Assembly: GCA_021513695.1 (NCBI GenBank)
Contig: CP084166.1
Coordinates: forward strand, 864,001 to 928,000
From: Candidatus Heimdallarchaeum aukensis
Lineage (GTDB): Archaea > Asgardarchaeota > Heimdallarchaeia > Heimdallarchaeales > Heimdallarchaeaceae
DNA length: 64,000 nucleotides
Direction of reading: 5' to 3'
In this document: piece after piece, positions 1 through 10,847 of the stretch
How the letters are laid out: every line of letters begins with the position of its first letter
Numbering within the stretch: the first letter of the stretch is position 1
Made by a program: the position numbers and the translations under genes
Notes under the pieces: generated by a model
Told to the model about the DNA's origin: nothing
What the model saw: only the letters and a program-made list of their open reading frames with translations
Database searches by the model: none

Positions 1-1842
1 AAAATGTTCAGTTGAAAAGATGACAGAAGAAACTCTGCTTAAAGAACTAATAAAATATGAATCAGTAAAAATAGTAGAATATAATTCTATTATTGATGAA
101 TTTGCATAGCTAACAAAAAAAGAAAGATTCAGTTGTTGAATTATTGATCGAGCTTCATGTGAATCTGCTGGAAGAGAACTTAAAGTTTCTAGAATAATTC
201 TACCTGTCGAGAGATTACTAGAGAAAATGTATTGCTCCCACCACATATAAATTGGTCGTATTTTAGTTTTGTTCTCAATTGTAGATGCATTATAATAATC
301 TATTAGAAGTAAGGAAATACTATGTACATCTGCTAAATCATAACAACCAGCTAGAACAGATAGCCTTATTCCAGTTGCCCTATTACATGAGGCTATTAAA
401 CTTCCAGAAAAATTATTAAAGAACTTTGCTAGCTCTATCTCTTCTTCTGTTAATTCAGAGTTGTCAAATGGAGCATTTGTTCTAGTTCTATAATCTATTT
501 GCCAATTTAAATAATATCTGGAATGTACTAAAAGTTGAAGAACAATTAACAAAACTAATATTCGATACAAAGCCTTTTTTGATAAAATGAAATTCAATTT
601 TCCTTCAAATAGAACACCAACTGAAAAAACAAGATATGCAACTCCAAAAATTATGAAAATACTCAAATAGAATTTTATATCGCTAACATATAGGTCTAAT
701 AATAAAAAACTAAAGATTACAGAAAAAGATAAAAGGAAAAGGTAAGAGCATTTCTCAAATTTTAATATCATGTTATGTTTATAGAGAAAAACGTCTATAA
801 AATAAATTGCAAACAAAACAGGTAATAATGATAATATATATATAATATAATGATTTGAAATAAATAGAATCAGAGGAAGTTGTAAATAAGTTAATTTTTT
901 TATTCGTCTATTCAATAAAGGAGAGGTTATATTTTCATGACTAACATGTAGGAAGAAACCAAATAAAGCTAAAAGAGAAACGAAACCCCATCCATTGTAA
1001 ATAACAAAACCAAGTATGTAAAGAAAATAATTTACTAAGTCATTATTGGTATATAGTGTTTTGGAAACTCTTGTGATATTTACATATTGATTAAAAAAGA
1101 AACCAGAAAATATAAGTATCAATGCTGAAATTATAACAATATAAGAAAATTTATCATACATAAACTTTTGAACTCTTCCTTTATTTAATTTATACTTTGA
1201 ATTATTTTTAAGTAATTTTTCAATAATCAAAAAAAATCCAACTAAAAATAAAAGCAATGTGTATGCTGTACTCATTCTATGAAAAAGGGACATTAAAATA
1301 AATACCAATGTCGCTTTAAAATAAGATGAAAATTGCTTTTTTTCTACTGTTTTTAGCAAATGTATAAAAAATAGAGGAATTAGTGCAACAAATGGAAACC
1401 TTGCAGATGCTAAATTATAGCTGAAATAGATTATATATGGGATATTTATGAAAAGTAAGCTTCCGATTATTGATATTATTGGTTTTTCAAATATGAATTG
1501 AAAAAAAGTAAAAGAAGCATAAGCTGAAATAATTAACCATAAAATAACAAAAACATTAACAGCTAGAATTTCATTATGAAAGCATATTATATCTATAACT
1601 CCATATATAAATAAAGATCCTATGGGGTAAGGAGAAAATGGATAAGCTCCTAGTAAGCTGAAAGGATGAATAATTAACTTTGTTACATAGCTTGAAAAGA
1701 ATAATCTACTTTCCCAAATTAAATACCATGAATCGGTAAAAAGAGGACCTTTGTGTGTTGGAATTCTTAAAACATAAGAGATAATAATAATTATAACAAT
1801 AAATATTAATTTATTAAGATGTTTTCGTACAGTGAATTTCAT
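1..1842 (-). CDS. Large polytopic membrane protein, partial (runs off the window start); possibly a glycan-processing membrane protein (polymerase or GT-C-like)
   Basis: Hand translation of the minus strand from the ATG at ~1842 (MKFTVRKHLNKLIFIVIIIIISYV...) gives an uninterrupted hydrophobic, multi-TM protein of more than 600 aa with no stop before position 1. It is absent from the ORF track because it is truncated. Function is inferred only from context in the glycan locus. Confidence 0.45.
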   Translation of the reverse strand, partial: MKFTVRKHLNKLIFIVIIIIISYVLRIPTHKGPLFTDSWYLIWESRLFFSSYVTKLIIHPFSLLGAYPFSPYPIGSLFIYGVIDIICFHNEILAVNVFVILWLIISAYASFTFFQFIFEKPIISIIGSLLFINIPYIIYFSYNLASARFPFVALIPLFFIHLLKTVEKKQFSSYFKATLVFILMSLFHRMSTAYTLLLFLVGFFLIIEKLLKNNSKYKLNKGRVQKFMYDKFSYIVIISALILIFSGFFFNQYVNITRVSKTLYTNNDLVNYFLYILGFVIYNGWGFVSLLALFGFFLHVSHENITSPLLNRRIKKLTYLQLPLILFISNHYIIYILSLLPVLFAIYFIDVFLYKHNMILKFEKCSYLFLLSFSVIFSFLLLDLYVSDIKFYLSIFIIFGVAYLVFSVGVLFEGKLNFILSKKALYRILVLLIVLQLLVHSRYYLNWQIDYRTRTNAPFDNSELTEEEIELAKFFNNFSGSLIASCNRATGIRLSVLAGCYDLADVHSISLLLIDYYNASTIENKTKIRPIYMWWEQYIFSSNLSTGRIILETLSSLPADSHEARSIIQQLNLSFFVSYANSSIIELYSTIFTDSYFISSLSRVSSVIFSTEHF

Positions 1843-1961
1843 GAAAAATCTCCTAATCACACAAATGGCTAAAAGACAACAAAAAATATAACTAAATAAA
1901 ATTTTCTAAAAATAAATTCTAAAAAAATATTTAATTCTTAAAAAAAAATCCAAAAAAAATT

Positions 1962-3155
1962 GTGAATGCTATGAACAATGTAAAGAAAAAATTACTAGTT
2001 ATTACCCATAGTTATAACAGTTTTATAAAATATCAAATTGAATCACTTTCCAAATATTTCTCTGATATTTATGTTCTCGTAAGATATAATCCAATAGCTC
2101 AAATAGCAAATTATTTTGCAATAGATTATCTTACACCATTTAAAAAAAGTACAAGAATTAATCTTCAGCAAGTACCAACAAATATCCACATTTTTGTAAC
2201 TCCTGTTTATTATCTACCTATAAAGATTTTTGGAAATTACCTAGCTAAATCACATTTTAGAGCTGTAAAAAGAGTAATCGATATAAATAAAATTCAATTT
2301 GATTTGATCCATTGTCATTTTACTTGGAGTTCAGGTTTTGTAGGAATGAAATTAAAAGAGGAATTCAATGTACCTTTAATTATTACTGCTCATGGATATG
2401 ATATTTATTCACTTCCCTTTAAAAACAATAAATGGATGAGGAGAATACAAAAAGTATTGAATAAAGCAGATAAAATAATCACAGTGAGCAAAAGTAACAT
2501 TGATTATATTGAAAAATTGGATGTAAAAACCGATGTAACTTTAATTCCCAATGGATTTTCTCCCGATATATTCTTCCCAATAGAAAAAGATCAAGCTAGA
2601 CGAAACTTGAATATTCCGCTAAATAAATATGTTATCGTATCAATTGGAAATCTAATTAAGAATAAAGGACACAAATTTCTTGTTGATGCAATTAACATTA
2701 TCAAGAAAACATCGGATCTAGATATTATCTGTTTTATTATAGGTGGAGGAATATTAAAGAAAAAGCTTAAGAAGCAAATAAAGAGATTGGGTCTTTCCGA
2801 TAATATTTTTCTTAAGGATTATAGACCTTATAGTGAAATTCCAATTTGGATGAATTCTGCAGATCTATTTGTATTACCAAGCATCCAAGAAAGTTTTGGT
2901 GTTGTTGTATTGGAATCTTTAGCATGTGGAACACCTGTAGTGGCAACAAGAAACGGAGGAAGTGAAGAAGTACTAACTTCTAAAGAACTTGGACTTTTAT
3001 GTGAAGTTGGTAATAGCAGTAATTTAGCGAAATATATTGAACAAGCACTTGAAAAAGATTGGGATAAAAAAAGATTAGTAAAGTATGCTGAAAAATTTTC
3101 TTGGGAAAAAATATCAGAAGATTTATTTTATATTTATCAAGAAGTGTTAGATTAG
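1962..3155 (+). CDS. GT4 (group 1) glycosyltransferase
   Basis: C-terminal EX7E region ESFGVVVLESLACGTPVVATRNGG is the classic GT-B/GT4 donor-binding motif. The N-terminal half is Rossmann-like. Confidence 0.85.
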   Translation: MNAMNNVKKKLLVITHSYNSFIKYQIESLSKYFSDIYVLVRYNPIAQIANYFAIDYLTPFKKSTRINLQQVPTNIHIFVTPVYYLPIKIFGNYLAKSHFRAVKRVIDINKIQFDLIHCHFTWSSGFVGMKLKEEFNVPLIITAHGYDIYSLPFKNNKWMRRIQKVLNKADKIITVSKSNIDYIEKLDVKTDVTLIPNGFSPDIFFPIEKDQARRNLNIPLNKYVIVSIGNLIKNKGHKFLVDAINIIKKTSDLDIICFIIGGGILKKKLKKQIKRLGLSDNIFLKDYRPYSEIPIWMNSADLFVLPSIQESFGVVVLESLACGTPVVATRNGGSEEVLTSKELGLLCEVGNSSNLAKYIEQALEKDWDKKRLVKYAEKFSWEKISEDLFYIYQEVLD

Positions 3156-4714
3156 ATGTCGTCTATATATCTTATTGAGTATTCTTTTTCTATTAAAAGC
3201 TTATACAATTCTATTAATCCAAATAGAAAAAGTGGAATACTTACAATTGTCCAAGTAATTATTAAGATTAAAAACTTAATTTTATATAAAAGTAATATGA
3301 ATATAAAAGACATATAGAGAATTAATATGAACAAATGAAAACCTGATTTACCTTTTGTAAAAAGAAGGAGAAGAATTTGTAGAAAAATATTGTTAAAAAA
3401 CCCTCCTATAGCTAAACCTAAAGCAAAACCAAACATTCCAAAATCTGGAACCAATAAAATCCAAGAAATTGCTACTATAATTGCTCTAATAAAAGCTAAA
3501 ATTGGTTGAATTATAACCTTTTGTTCAGATGAAGAAAAATAGGCAGAAGTAGGAGTACCTAATAAAGAATTTATCGCATTAATTAAGAAATATACAAAAA
3601 CACTCCAATTAACTAGCATATCGTATCTGAAAAATGATAGAATATCTAACCAGATTGGAAAAGATTTCACTAATATTAATGATATACCCAACATTGGAAG
3701 TAAAATTGAGGAAAAAGACCAATTTACTTTTCTTATAAACCTAAGAGCTAATCCAGAATTTGATTTTTGAATATTTGTGATTCTAGATAAAAGAAGAGAA
3801 CCAAGAGATATTGCAATTAGGTTTATTGGAGCCATAGCAGAATTCCAAAAACCCAGAACTCCCATTTCAAAAAAGTTAAGATATTTCTCTGAAATTATTA
3901 TTTGTATCTGTGATAAACCAAGACTAAAGAGACTTCCAGTTGCTACAATAATAGCATAACGAAGAATTTTTTTGGTTTTTTTGCTGATTCGAAATTTTTT
4001 AAATTTAAGTATTGATTTTATTATTTTAACAGAAAAAAGTAAACCAAATATCAGATGGTATATCAATATTGGAACTAATAAAATGTAAATTTTACCAAAA
4101 ATTTTCTCTTGAGGAGAAAATAAAAGAGATGTTACAGAAGCTGGTAAAAAAATTAAAAATGCAATTCCTTCATACTTAAGAAGCTTAATGAAATTTTCTT
4201 CACCTTGCAGTGATTTTCTGTATACATAGTGGATTATATTAGTAAACATTGTTATATATATAAAAAATATATCTAAAGCTGAAATATTGTAAAAAAGGCA
4301 AATAAATATCAATCCAACTAATGACAAAAAAGAATAGATTAAAGTTAGAATAATACCATCATCAACAATTTTTTCTATTTCCTTTATATTACTCGCAGCA
4401 ATAAATCTAGCAATAGAAGGGGCTATACCATTTGATATTGGAATGCTAAGGAGGATTACCCACGAAAATATAAATGAAAAAGCTCCCATAACATCTGCGC
4501 TAAAGACCAAACCAACTACTAAAGGATAAATAGTATTAACAACACCAAGAATTACCGTACTTAAAATTGAATATAATATATTATTTGCTAATACTGATTT
4601 GAACATATTCGCAAAACCCTTCTTTTTACACTTCAAGAAAAAGTTAAGTATATTAATTATTCGCTTTATTAGTATCTTAATATATTCATTTAAGAGAAAA
4701 ATAACATTGAGCAT
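3152..4714 (-). CDS. Polysaccharide/oligosaccharide flippase, MOP (Wzx-like) superfamily
   Basis: About 520 aa, 12-14 predicted TM helices, no soluble domains, located in the glycan cluster. Family assignment is by topology and context only. Confidence 0.5.
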   Translation of the reverse strand: MLNVIFLLNEYIKILIKRIINILNFFLKCKKKGFANMFKSVLANNILYSILSTVILGVVNTIYPLVVGLVFSADVMGAFSFIFSWVILLSIPISNGIAPSIARFIAASNIKEIEKIVDDGIILTLIYSFLSLVGLIFICLFYNISALDIFFIYITMFTNIIHYVYRKSLQGEENFIKLLKYEGIAFLIFLPASVTSLLFSPQEKIFGKIYILLVPILIYHLIFGLLFSVKIIKSILKFKKFRISKKTKKILRYAIIVATGSLFSLGLSQIQIIISEKYLNFFEMGVLGFWNSAMAPINLIAISLGSLLLSRITNIQKSNSGLALRFIRKVNWSFSSILLPMLGISLILVKSFPIWLDILSFFRYDMLVNWSVFVYFLINAINSLLGTPTSAYFSSSEQKVIIQPILAFIRAIIVAISWILLVPDFGMFGFALGLAIGGFFNNIFLQILLLLFTKGKSGFHLFILILYMSFIFILLLYKIKFLILIITWTIVSIPLFLFGLIELYKLLIEKEYSIRYIDDI

Positions 4715-4781
4715 TCATAACATTTATTATACATTCATTGAAAAATATAAAACAACACACTTAAAGAGAGGGTACATAGAA

Positions 4782-6962
4782 ATGAAAAAATGGAAGCTTC
4801 TTTACTTCGTATCATTTGCATTTATTATATTTCTCTCAACATTATTAAATCCCCCTGATTACGTAAAACTAGCTGATAAGGAAAACTACAAAACAAAAAA
4901 TAATTTTACCGTAATAAAGTCTGAAAGTGACCCAATTTTCATTGACTCAGATGATGATTTTAGTTTAGCCTATAATTTTCCTGGGTCAGGAACAAAAGAA
5001 GATCCTTATCTCATTTCAAATCGCACTATAATAACTACTTCGGATTACGGAATCTATATTTTTAATGTATCTAAATTTTTTAAAATTCAAAATAATATAA
5101 TTAAATCCTCAAAATACTCAATATATATTGAATCAATTGCAAATAATTCAGGAACAATTTTGAATAATTCATGCGAAAATAATGCAATTGCTGGTATTTT
5201 TATAAAAAACTCAAAAAACATTGTTATTAGTAATAATAGTTGTAACTTTAATTATGAGGGAATATCTGTTATAGACTGCTATAATATTACATCAAGTTTT
5301 AATAATTGTTCATTTAATAGTTATGGAATAAAGTATAACAATTCTCCATTTTCAATAATTGAAAGTAATTTTTGTGATAACAATAGTATTTTTGGAATTG
5401 ATTGCAGATATGGTAATAAGTCACTCTTACTAAATAATCAAATGAATAATAATGCTTTCGGTCTTAGAATCGAGGAATCAGCAAATTGTAATGTAGCTTC
5501 TAATTCTATTAACAGTTCTACTAGAGCAGGAGCACTAATTTCGAAGAGTTACTATTGTGAATTTACCTACAATAATTTTACAGACAATATTGAATATGGA
5601 CTTATTTTTTCAAATTCTAAGATGAATAAGATCCATAGAAACAACTTCATCAATAATAGTAAAGAACAATCTTCTCAAGCTTTTGAAGATGATACAAATA
5701 TATGGTATGACATTGTTGCTTATAAAGGTAATTTTTGGTCAGATTATAAGGGAAAAGGCAACTATACAATCGGTGGACCAACCTTAAATTCAGATCCTTA
5801 TCCTATCTTAAATCCCACATTAGTTTATCATGATAATATCAAGATTTATTCTAACTCTCAATTTTATAAAAAATATCTGTTTCCTGGGTCAGGAACAAAA
5901 GAAGATCCTTTTATAATTGAAGATATTTTTATCTATACAAACTTTGGAATAGGAATTTATATTGGGGGGGTAAATGCATCGTTTATTATTAGAAATTGTA
6001 TTATATATTCTAGAGAATATGGTATTTACATTAACAAAGCTAGTTCAAGTAACAATGAAATAATAAACAACACCTGTAGAACTCAAAATCAGTATGGTAT
6101 ATTCATTGAAAATTCAGTAAACACCATAGTTGTAAATAATACTTGTTCTAATCAAAACCAATATTCTATATATTTGTATTATTCAGGTCATTCTTTTATT
6201 TCAAATAATACTTGCTCAAATTCAAAAATAGGTATTCAATTATATTATTCAGGAAACACAAGGATCGATAATAATCTTTGCATTTCAAATGAAGTCGGAA
6301 TTAGTTTATATGTGTCAAAAAATTGTACCATAGAAAATAACAATTGTTCTTATAATTCTTTTTCAGGGATTTATATTAGTACAACTCGCCAACTTTTTTC
6401 AGTACCAGCCATAATTATAAACAATTTTATTTATAATAATTCTTATTTTGGAATATATCTTTTTGAAGTAGATGGATCATTTATTGCTAATAATTCTATT
6501 ATTTTGAACGGCATGATTGGTATTTACTTGATTTTTTCAAAATATTGTATAATTACCTATAATAACTTTATAAATAATTTAGGATACGGACTTTCCTTAA
6601 TAGATGTAGAAAAAACAAAAATCCATCATAACAATTTTTTTCAAAATAATATCAATGGAACATCACAAGCATTTGATGATGGATGTAATAATGAGTGGTA
6701 TGACAAAGAACAACGAATTGGTAATTTCTGGTCTGACTTAAAAGATGACTTTTATGAAATTTCAGGGAATGCTAATGAGATTGATAAATATCCAGTAAAG
6801 AAACCATTCTTACCTCCTTACAATATAGAACCAATTTCGCTACTTCCAAATGATAAACTAAATACCAATGAAATTATTGTCTTTTTCATTGAAATATTTA
6901 CTTTAATTGCTATTCCTTCTTTCATATTTCTATTTAATAAAAGAATTATAAGAGGTAAATAA
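4782..6962 (+). CDS. Membrane-anchored surface protein with two right-handed parallel beta-helix (pectate-lyase/NosD-like) repeat domains, heavily sequon-decorated
   Basis: The ORF track starts at 4599, but a signal-peptide-like start MKKWKLLYFVSFAFIIFLSTLL at 4782 is preceded by agagaggg. The FPGSGTKEDP[YF] module appears twice, each followed by a long N/S/I-rich beta-helix repeat region. There is a C-terminal hydrophobic anchor plus KRIIRGK. More than 20 N-x-S/T sequons were counted by eye. Confidence 0.7.
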   Translation: MKKWKLLYFVSFAFIIFLSTLLNPPDYVKLADKENYKTKNNFTVIKSESDPIFIDSDDDFSLAYNFPGSGTKEDPYLISNRTIITTSDYGIYIFNVSKFFKIQNNIIKSSKYSIYIESIANNSGTILNNSCENNAIAGIFIKNSKNIVISNNSCNFNYEGISVIDCYNITSSFNNCSFNSYGIKYNNSPFSIIESNFCDNNSIFGIDCRYGNKSLLLNNQMNNNAFGLRIEESANCNVASNSINSSTRAGALISKSYYCEFTYNNFTDNIEYGLIFSNSKMNKIHRNNFINNSKEQSSQAFEDDTNIWYDIVAYKGNFWSDYKGKGNYTIGGPTLNSDPYPILNPTLVYHDNIKIYSNSQFYKKYLFPGSGTKEDPFIIEDIFIYTNFGIGIYIGGVNASFIIRNCIIYSREYGIYINKASSSNNEIINNTCRTQNQYGIFIENSVNTIVVNNTCSNQNQYSIYLYYSGHSFISNNTCSNSKIGIQLYYSGNTRIDNNLCISNEVGISLYVSKNCTIENNNCSYNSFSGIYISTTRQLFSVPAIIINNFIYNNSYFGIYLFEVDGSFIANNSIILNGMIGIYLIFSKYCIITYNNFINNLGYGLSLIDVEKTKIHHNNFFQNNINGTSQAFDDGCNNEWYDKEQRIGNFWSDLKDDFYEISGNANEIDKYPVKKPFLPPYNIEPISLLPNDKLNTNEIIVFFIEIFTLIAIPSFIFLFNKRIIRGK

Positions 6963-6964
6963 TA

Positions 6965-8923
6965 ATGAGATTCACTAGATTCATATACAAATTAAAAAAT
7001 TATGATATTGTATTTAGTACACTTTTTATCTTTGGAATAATTATCCAATGTCTATTTGTTTTATTTAACTGTAGTAAATTTTTTAGAGTGATTCTAGGTG
7101 TCATTATTTTTTATTTGCTTCCAGGTTATTTTTTATATTCACTTTTAGTACCAGAAAGAAAAGATGATAATGTTTTTTATTTTCTCCCTTTATTTTTTAT
7201 TATTTCATGTAGTTTTATTTCAATTATTGCAGTTTTCTATTCTACAACAAAAATAAAATTCAATATTGATTCATTTTTTGTAATTTATTTTGTTTTTATT
7301 TTGTTAATTATAAGTCTTGTATTTTTCCAATCTCTAAAAAATAATAAAAAAGTCCTTATTAGGTTCAAAGTTTCGCTAAAAAGTGAGAAAATATTAGATA
7401 CATTTTTTATTCTTGGAGTAATTTATTTTATTATATTCTTTTTATTCTTGACAATAAAAAATCCGTATTCTTTAGTTCCAGATGAGATAATGTTTGCGAA
7501 ATGGTCCTCTTATATGCTTAATAATCAAAAAATGCATCCACGTTTTACAGATTCTGCATCTGATATTATGATTATCTATCCCTATGGTTGGGTTTTTATT
7601 TTAGCAGTTTTAGAACTTTTGAGCGGAATAAAATCCATATACATTGTTATGTATGGTTCTATTTTCCTTAGTTTAATATTATTAATGTCGATCTTCGCAA
7701 TTTTTAAATCTAATCAAAATAAAGGCTTTTTTACTCTTATCGTTTTTACTACTTTAACTTTAGATGACTACATAAAACTACCAATAAGGCTAAGTTATAT
7801 GTTACCAGGAACTCTTGGTTTTATTTTTATATTGATTTTTTTTGCACACTGGAATTATGAATCAAAAGATGCTTTAAAACAAGTTTCTTACAGAAAATTA
7901 AGTTTCTTTTCTGTATTATATGGGTCTTTTTGGACAATTCATCATTTTACAAGTATTATTCTATTTCCATTAGTTGTCTTTTTAATATTTTACATTTTAA
8001 TTTTAAAAGAAAATGAAAGGCGCAGAGTTATTATGTATTTTTTTGGCCTTATGCTGCTAGTATTATTAGCTTCTCTTACATTTCTTTATAAATATATGCT
8101 TGTTTTAATAAAAGGAGGAAGTCTTACTATTGATATAATCGGAAATCCTGTATGGATTCCTATTAGTATTTTTGACTGGTTTGAAAAAAGTAGCTATTTA
8201 TTATATGGACTCCCATTTATAATTATCTTAGTCATCGGAACACTATTGGTATTTACAAATAAAAAATTTGATCAAATCTTACCTTTAATTTTTATATTAA
8301 CAATATTTACTTTCCGAATATTCACTTACTATATATATAGATCAAATACTTTATTTTATAGATTAGGAATATTCTTCAGTTTATCAATAGGTATCTTCAT
8401 CGCTAAAACTACAACATATCCAGAATTGATTTTAGATTTAAAAAAGTATAGCAAAAGAATACAGAAAATAGATCTTTCTTCAATTTTCATTATCGTTTTG
8501 TTATTATCTAATCTGTTAAATCCATTATTTTCTAAGAGTTTAGATGAAAATAGATACGATACATTTGCTTCTTTTATTTCAGAACACCCTTCTGTATATA
8601 AAGAATCAGATATAGAAATTGTTCTTTCAGTAGATATTGAAAATTGTGTGTTTATTGACTTTTACAATGTCACCCCCATTCAAGCTTTATTTGAAAATCT
8701 GTTGTTAGCTAAATGGGAAGGTACTAACTATTCTTATTATCGAATAGAAAAAGAGGTTACAATTAAAAGAATTCTTTTTTTTGTTGAATCAAACAAAACA
8801 AACTATATTTTCTTTTCTTCGGTAATGGATTTTGATCTTAAGCAAGAGCTTTTTATATCATTACAGATCTACGGATTTTCTATATACAAAATAATAGGGG
8901 AATCAATAATATTAATAAAATAA
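6965..8923 (+). CDS. GT-C fold membrane glycosyltransferase (PMT/ArnT-like, GT39/GT83-type)
   Basis: 652 aa polytopic protein. The first extracytoplasmic loop carries SLVPDEIMFAKWS, resembling the DE-x-hFgK loop-1 motif of dolichyl/undecaprenyl-phosphate-sugar-dependent GT-C enzymes. It lies immediately downstream of the sequon-rich beta-helix protein. Confidence 0.5.
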   Translation: MRFTRFIYKLKNYDIVFSTLFIFGIIIQCLFVLFNCSKFFRVILGVIIFYLLPGYFLYSLLVPERKDDNVFYFLPLFFIISCSFISIIAVFYSTTKIKFNIDSFFVIYFVFILLIISLVFFQSLKNNKKVLIRFKVSLKSEKILDTFFILGVIYFIIFFLFLTIKNPYSLVPDEIMFAKWSSYMLNNQKMHPRFTDSASDIMIIYPYGWVFILAVLELLSGIKSIYIVMYGSIFLSLILLMSIFAIFKSNQNKGFFTLIVFTTLTLDDYIKLPIRLSYMLPGTLGFIFILIFFAHWNYESKDALKQVSYRKLSFFSVLYGSFWTIHHFTSIILFPLVVFLIFYILILKENERRRVIMYFFGLMLLVLLASLTFLYKYMLVLIKGGSLTIDIIGNPVWIPISIFDWFEKSSYLLYGLPFIIILVIGTLLVFTNKKFDQILPLIFILTIFTFRIFTYYIYRSNTLFYRLGIFFSLSIGIFIAKTTTYPELILDLKKYSKRIQKIDLSSIFIIVLLLSNLLNPLFSKSLDENRYDTFASFISEHPSVYKESDIEIVLSVDIENCVFIDFYNVTPIQALFENLLLAKWEGTNYSYYRIEKEVTIKRILFFVESNKTNYIFFSSVMDFDLKQELFISLQIYGFSIYKIIGESIILIK

Positions 8924-8930
8924 AGGAGTA

Positions 8931-9434
8931 ATGTTAATGACATATAATCGTAAATTATCATCTCTGCGAAATTTTTTTCTTTCTATTAACCATGAAAGAT
9001 TTGTTAAAATCTGTAATATTATTCTCTTTTCTTTTGGAGTAATATTTGGAACAATTCTTAGAATGGATTACTTTGGCGGATGGAGTTTAGCAAATAATTT
9101 AGATACGCTAGTCTTCAAAAACTCTGTTCTTTATTCACTGCACCCTTTTAGAGTATTGTGGATTCTGCTTAGAGTTACAATAATGATATTATCATTTTCT
9201 TTTGCGATAATATTTTATTATCAAATGAAAAGGGATTGGATAAATTCAATTATTAATATCTTATCGTTTTTCATTGTCTCTTTATTAATGAGTATTTTTA
9301 TTATAATTTTTCGCCATATTAAAATAGATGCTAGTACACTTTTCACATATATCGGAATTTTTTTGGTAATAATAATTGCTATATTCAATCATTATTTTCC
9401 ATTTACTTCTCTATTTAACAAAACAAAAACTTAA
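8931..9434 (+). CDS. Small integral membrane protein, unknown function
   Basis: 167 aa, about 4 TM helices, translationally coupled downstream of the GT-C gene. Confidence 0.4.
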   Translation: MLMTYNRKLSSLRNFFLSINHERFVKICNIILFSFGVIFGTILRMDYFGGWSLANNLDTLVFKNSVLYSLHPFRVLWILLRVTIMILSFSFAIIFYYQMKRDWINSIINILSFFIVSLLMSIFIIIFRHIKIDASTLFTYIGIFLVIIIAIFNHYFPFTSLFNKTKT

Positions 9435-9460
9435 ATGAAAATTAAATGGAAATGAATATT

Positions 9461-10705
9461 CTAGTGTTTCATGAATTTTGCTTTTATTTTTTCACTATAT
9501 TTGTAAGCTAAAAATTTTCGTTCAAAACTCATTATTTTTTCTTCATTACATCCATACTTTAACTTATTATTTTTCCATTTATTATAAAGAGACCAGAGTT
9601 TTTCATAAATAGCACTTGTAGATATTTGTACTTGAGTATATTGCTGTTCGATCTCATCTAAAACAGACCAATTATCTTTTTTATAAGAAATCAGCATGAT
9701 ATGAGAATTACCTAGAATATAATCATACAGTTTTGTAGGGAGTGCATACTCAATACCTTTGGGATACAATAAAATTAAAACATTTGATTTTTGAAGTTCA
9801 CAGTGGAACTTTCTCTTACTCAAATAACCTAAATCATGAAAATAGTCTTCTATCTCAGCTTCGTGCACCATTCTTCTAATAACTTTACGTGATGTTCCCC
9901 CTGCATAATTGAATTTTACTTGATGAGGAAGAAGATTATGTTTTTTTACAAATTCTCCAAAACCTAAACAAAAAGTCCTAAATACAGGTTTATGAACTAA
10001 ATAGAAGTTCCCAAAAAAAGAAACAGTAAAAGTCTGTTTTTCTTTTTCACATTGTGTAGTGGGTATTTCTTCTTTGAAGAAACCATTATGGATGATTTCA
10101 AAAGAATCTTTTTCTAAATGCAAAGCTTTTTCTATTATTTTCGCACAGTCTTTTCCAATTGTCACCAACATTTTCGATTTCTTAACAATCTTTTTTTCTA
10201 ATTTGAGATGTTTCTTCTTTATGAATTTTGGGAACTGCAAAAAAGGACTGCCATTCCAAGGATCACGATAATCAGAGATTAAAGGAATATTAAACTTCTT
10301 AGAAAGTCTATAACCAACAACTAAAGCAGAAAGAGGAGGTTGAGTAGCTAAAATAACATCAATTTTTTCATTTTCAATAGCTTTACTACCAACTTTTACA
10401 GCTCTCGTAATCCAAGGAAAATAAATATCAGGAAAAAACAATAGTTTATCCAAATTCAATAGTTCAAGTAAAGCTAATAGTTTAATCTTATATCCTATCT
10501 CTCTTAATTTCGGCCGTTTAGCATAGTAAACCATTGAGAGATTGTACTCTTTCTGTAATTCATTATTTTCAGTTATTTCCTTATTGCTTGTAAGAAGAAA
10601 AACGTTAAGATCTTTTTCAGGAAAATATTTTGCAAAACTAGCTGCTCTATATCCTCCTGCACTTTTATCTGGAGGAAATAGATAGGATATAAGAAGAATA
10701 TTCAT
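9461..10705 (-). CDS. GT4-like glycosyltransferase
   Basis: N-terminal MNILLISYLFPPDKSAGGYRAASFAKYF matches the Glyco_trans_4 N-domain pattern. The size (414 aa) and two-Rossmann organisation fit GT-B. Confidence 0.6.
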   Translation of the reverse strand: MNILLISYLFPPDKSAGGYRAASFAKYFPEKDLNVFLLTSNKEITENNELQKEYNLSMVYYAKRPKLREIGYKIKLLALLELLNLDKLLFFPDIYFPWITRAVKVGSKAIENEKIDVILATQPPLSALVVGYRLSKKFNIPLISDYRDPWNGSPFLQFPKFIKKKHLKLEKKIVKKSKMLVTIGKDCAKIIEKALHLEKDSFEIIHNGFFKEEIPTTQCEKEKQTFTVSFFGNFYLVHKPVFRTFCLGFGEFVKKHNLLPHQVKFNYAGGTSRKVIRRMVHEAEIEDYFHDLGYLSKRKFHCELQKSNVLILLYPKGIEYALPTKLYDYILGNSHIMLISYKKDNWSVLDEIEQQYTQVQISTSAIYEKLWSLYNKWKNNKLKYGCNEEKIMSFERKFLAYKYSEKIKAKFMKH

Positions 10706-10847
10706 AACTGAATTTTTAGTTCAAATTTTTTAAAGTTTAAGGAAGAAGAAAAAATGAGAAAAGAAAGAGTTGAAGATTATATTTAAGTTCTATTTATAAA
10801 TTAATAACCTAGATAAAACAGATAATATGTCAGCTTAAATCTAATAG

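Noticed and set aside
3777-3959. Short ORFs antisense to or embedded within long CDSs. From the ORF track: 3777-3959, 10059-10271, 11389-11598, 13341-13556, 13358-13630, 13955-14140, 18799-19062, 19097-19291, 20149-20382, 22225-22428, 22543-22740, 23308-23508, 32235-32417, 32772-33002, 34023-34268, 44431-44652, 44577-44762, 46775-47023, 54597-54788, 56255-56467, 57026-57226, 58536-58799, 62091-62285, 62985-63176, 63551-63745, 63637-63900.
   Set aside because: Each lies inside a longer, well-supported gene on the opposite strand or in another frame. They have low-complexity or odd composition and no recognisable motifs. Such ORFs are expected by chance in AT-rich DNA.
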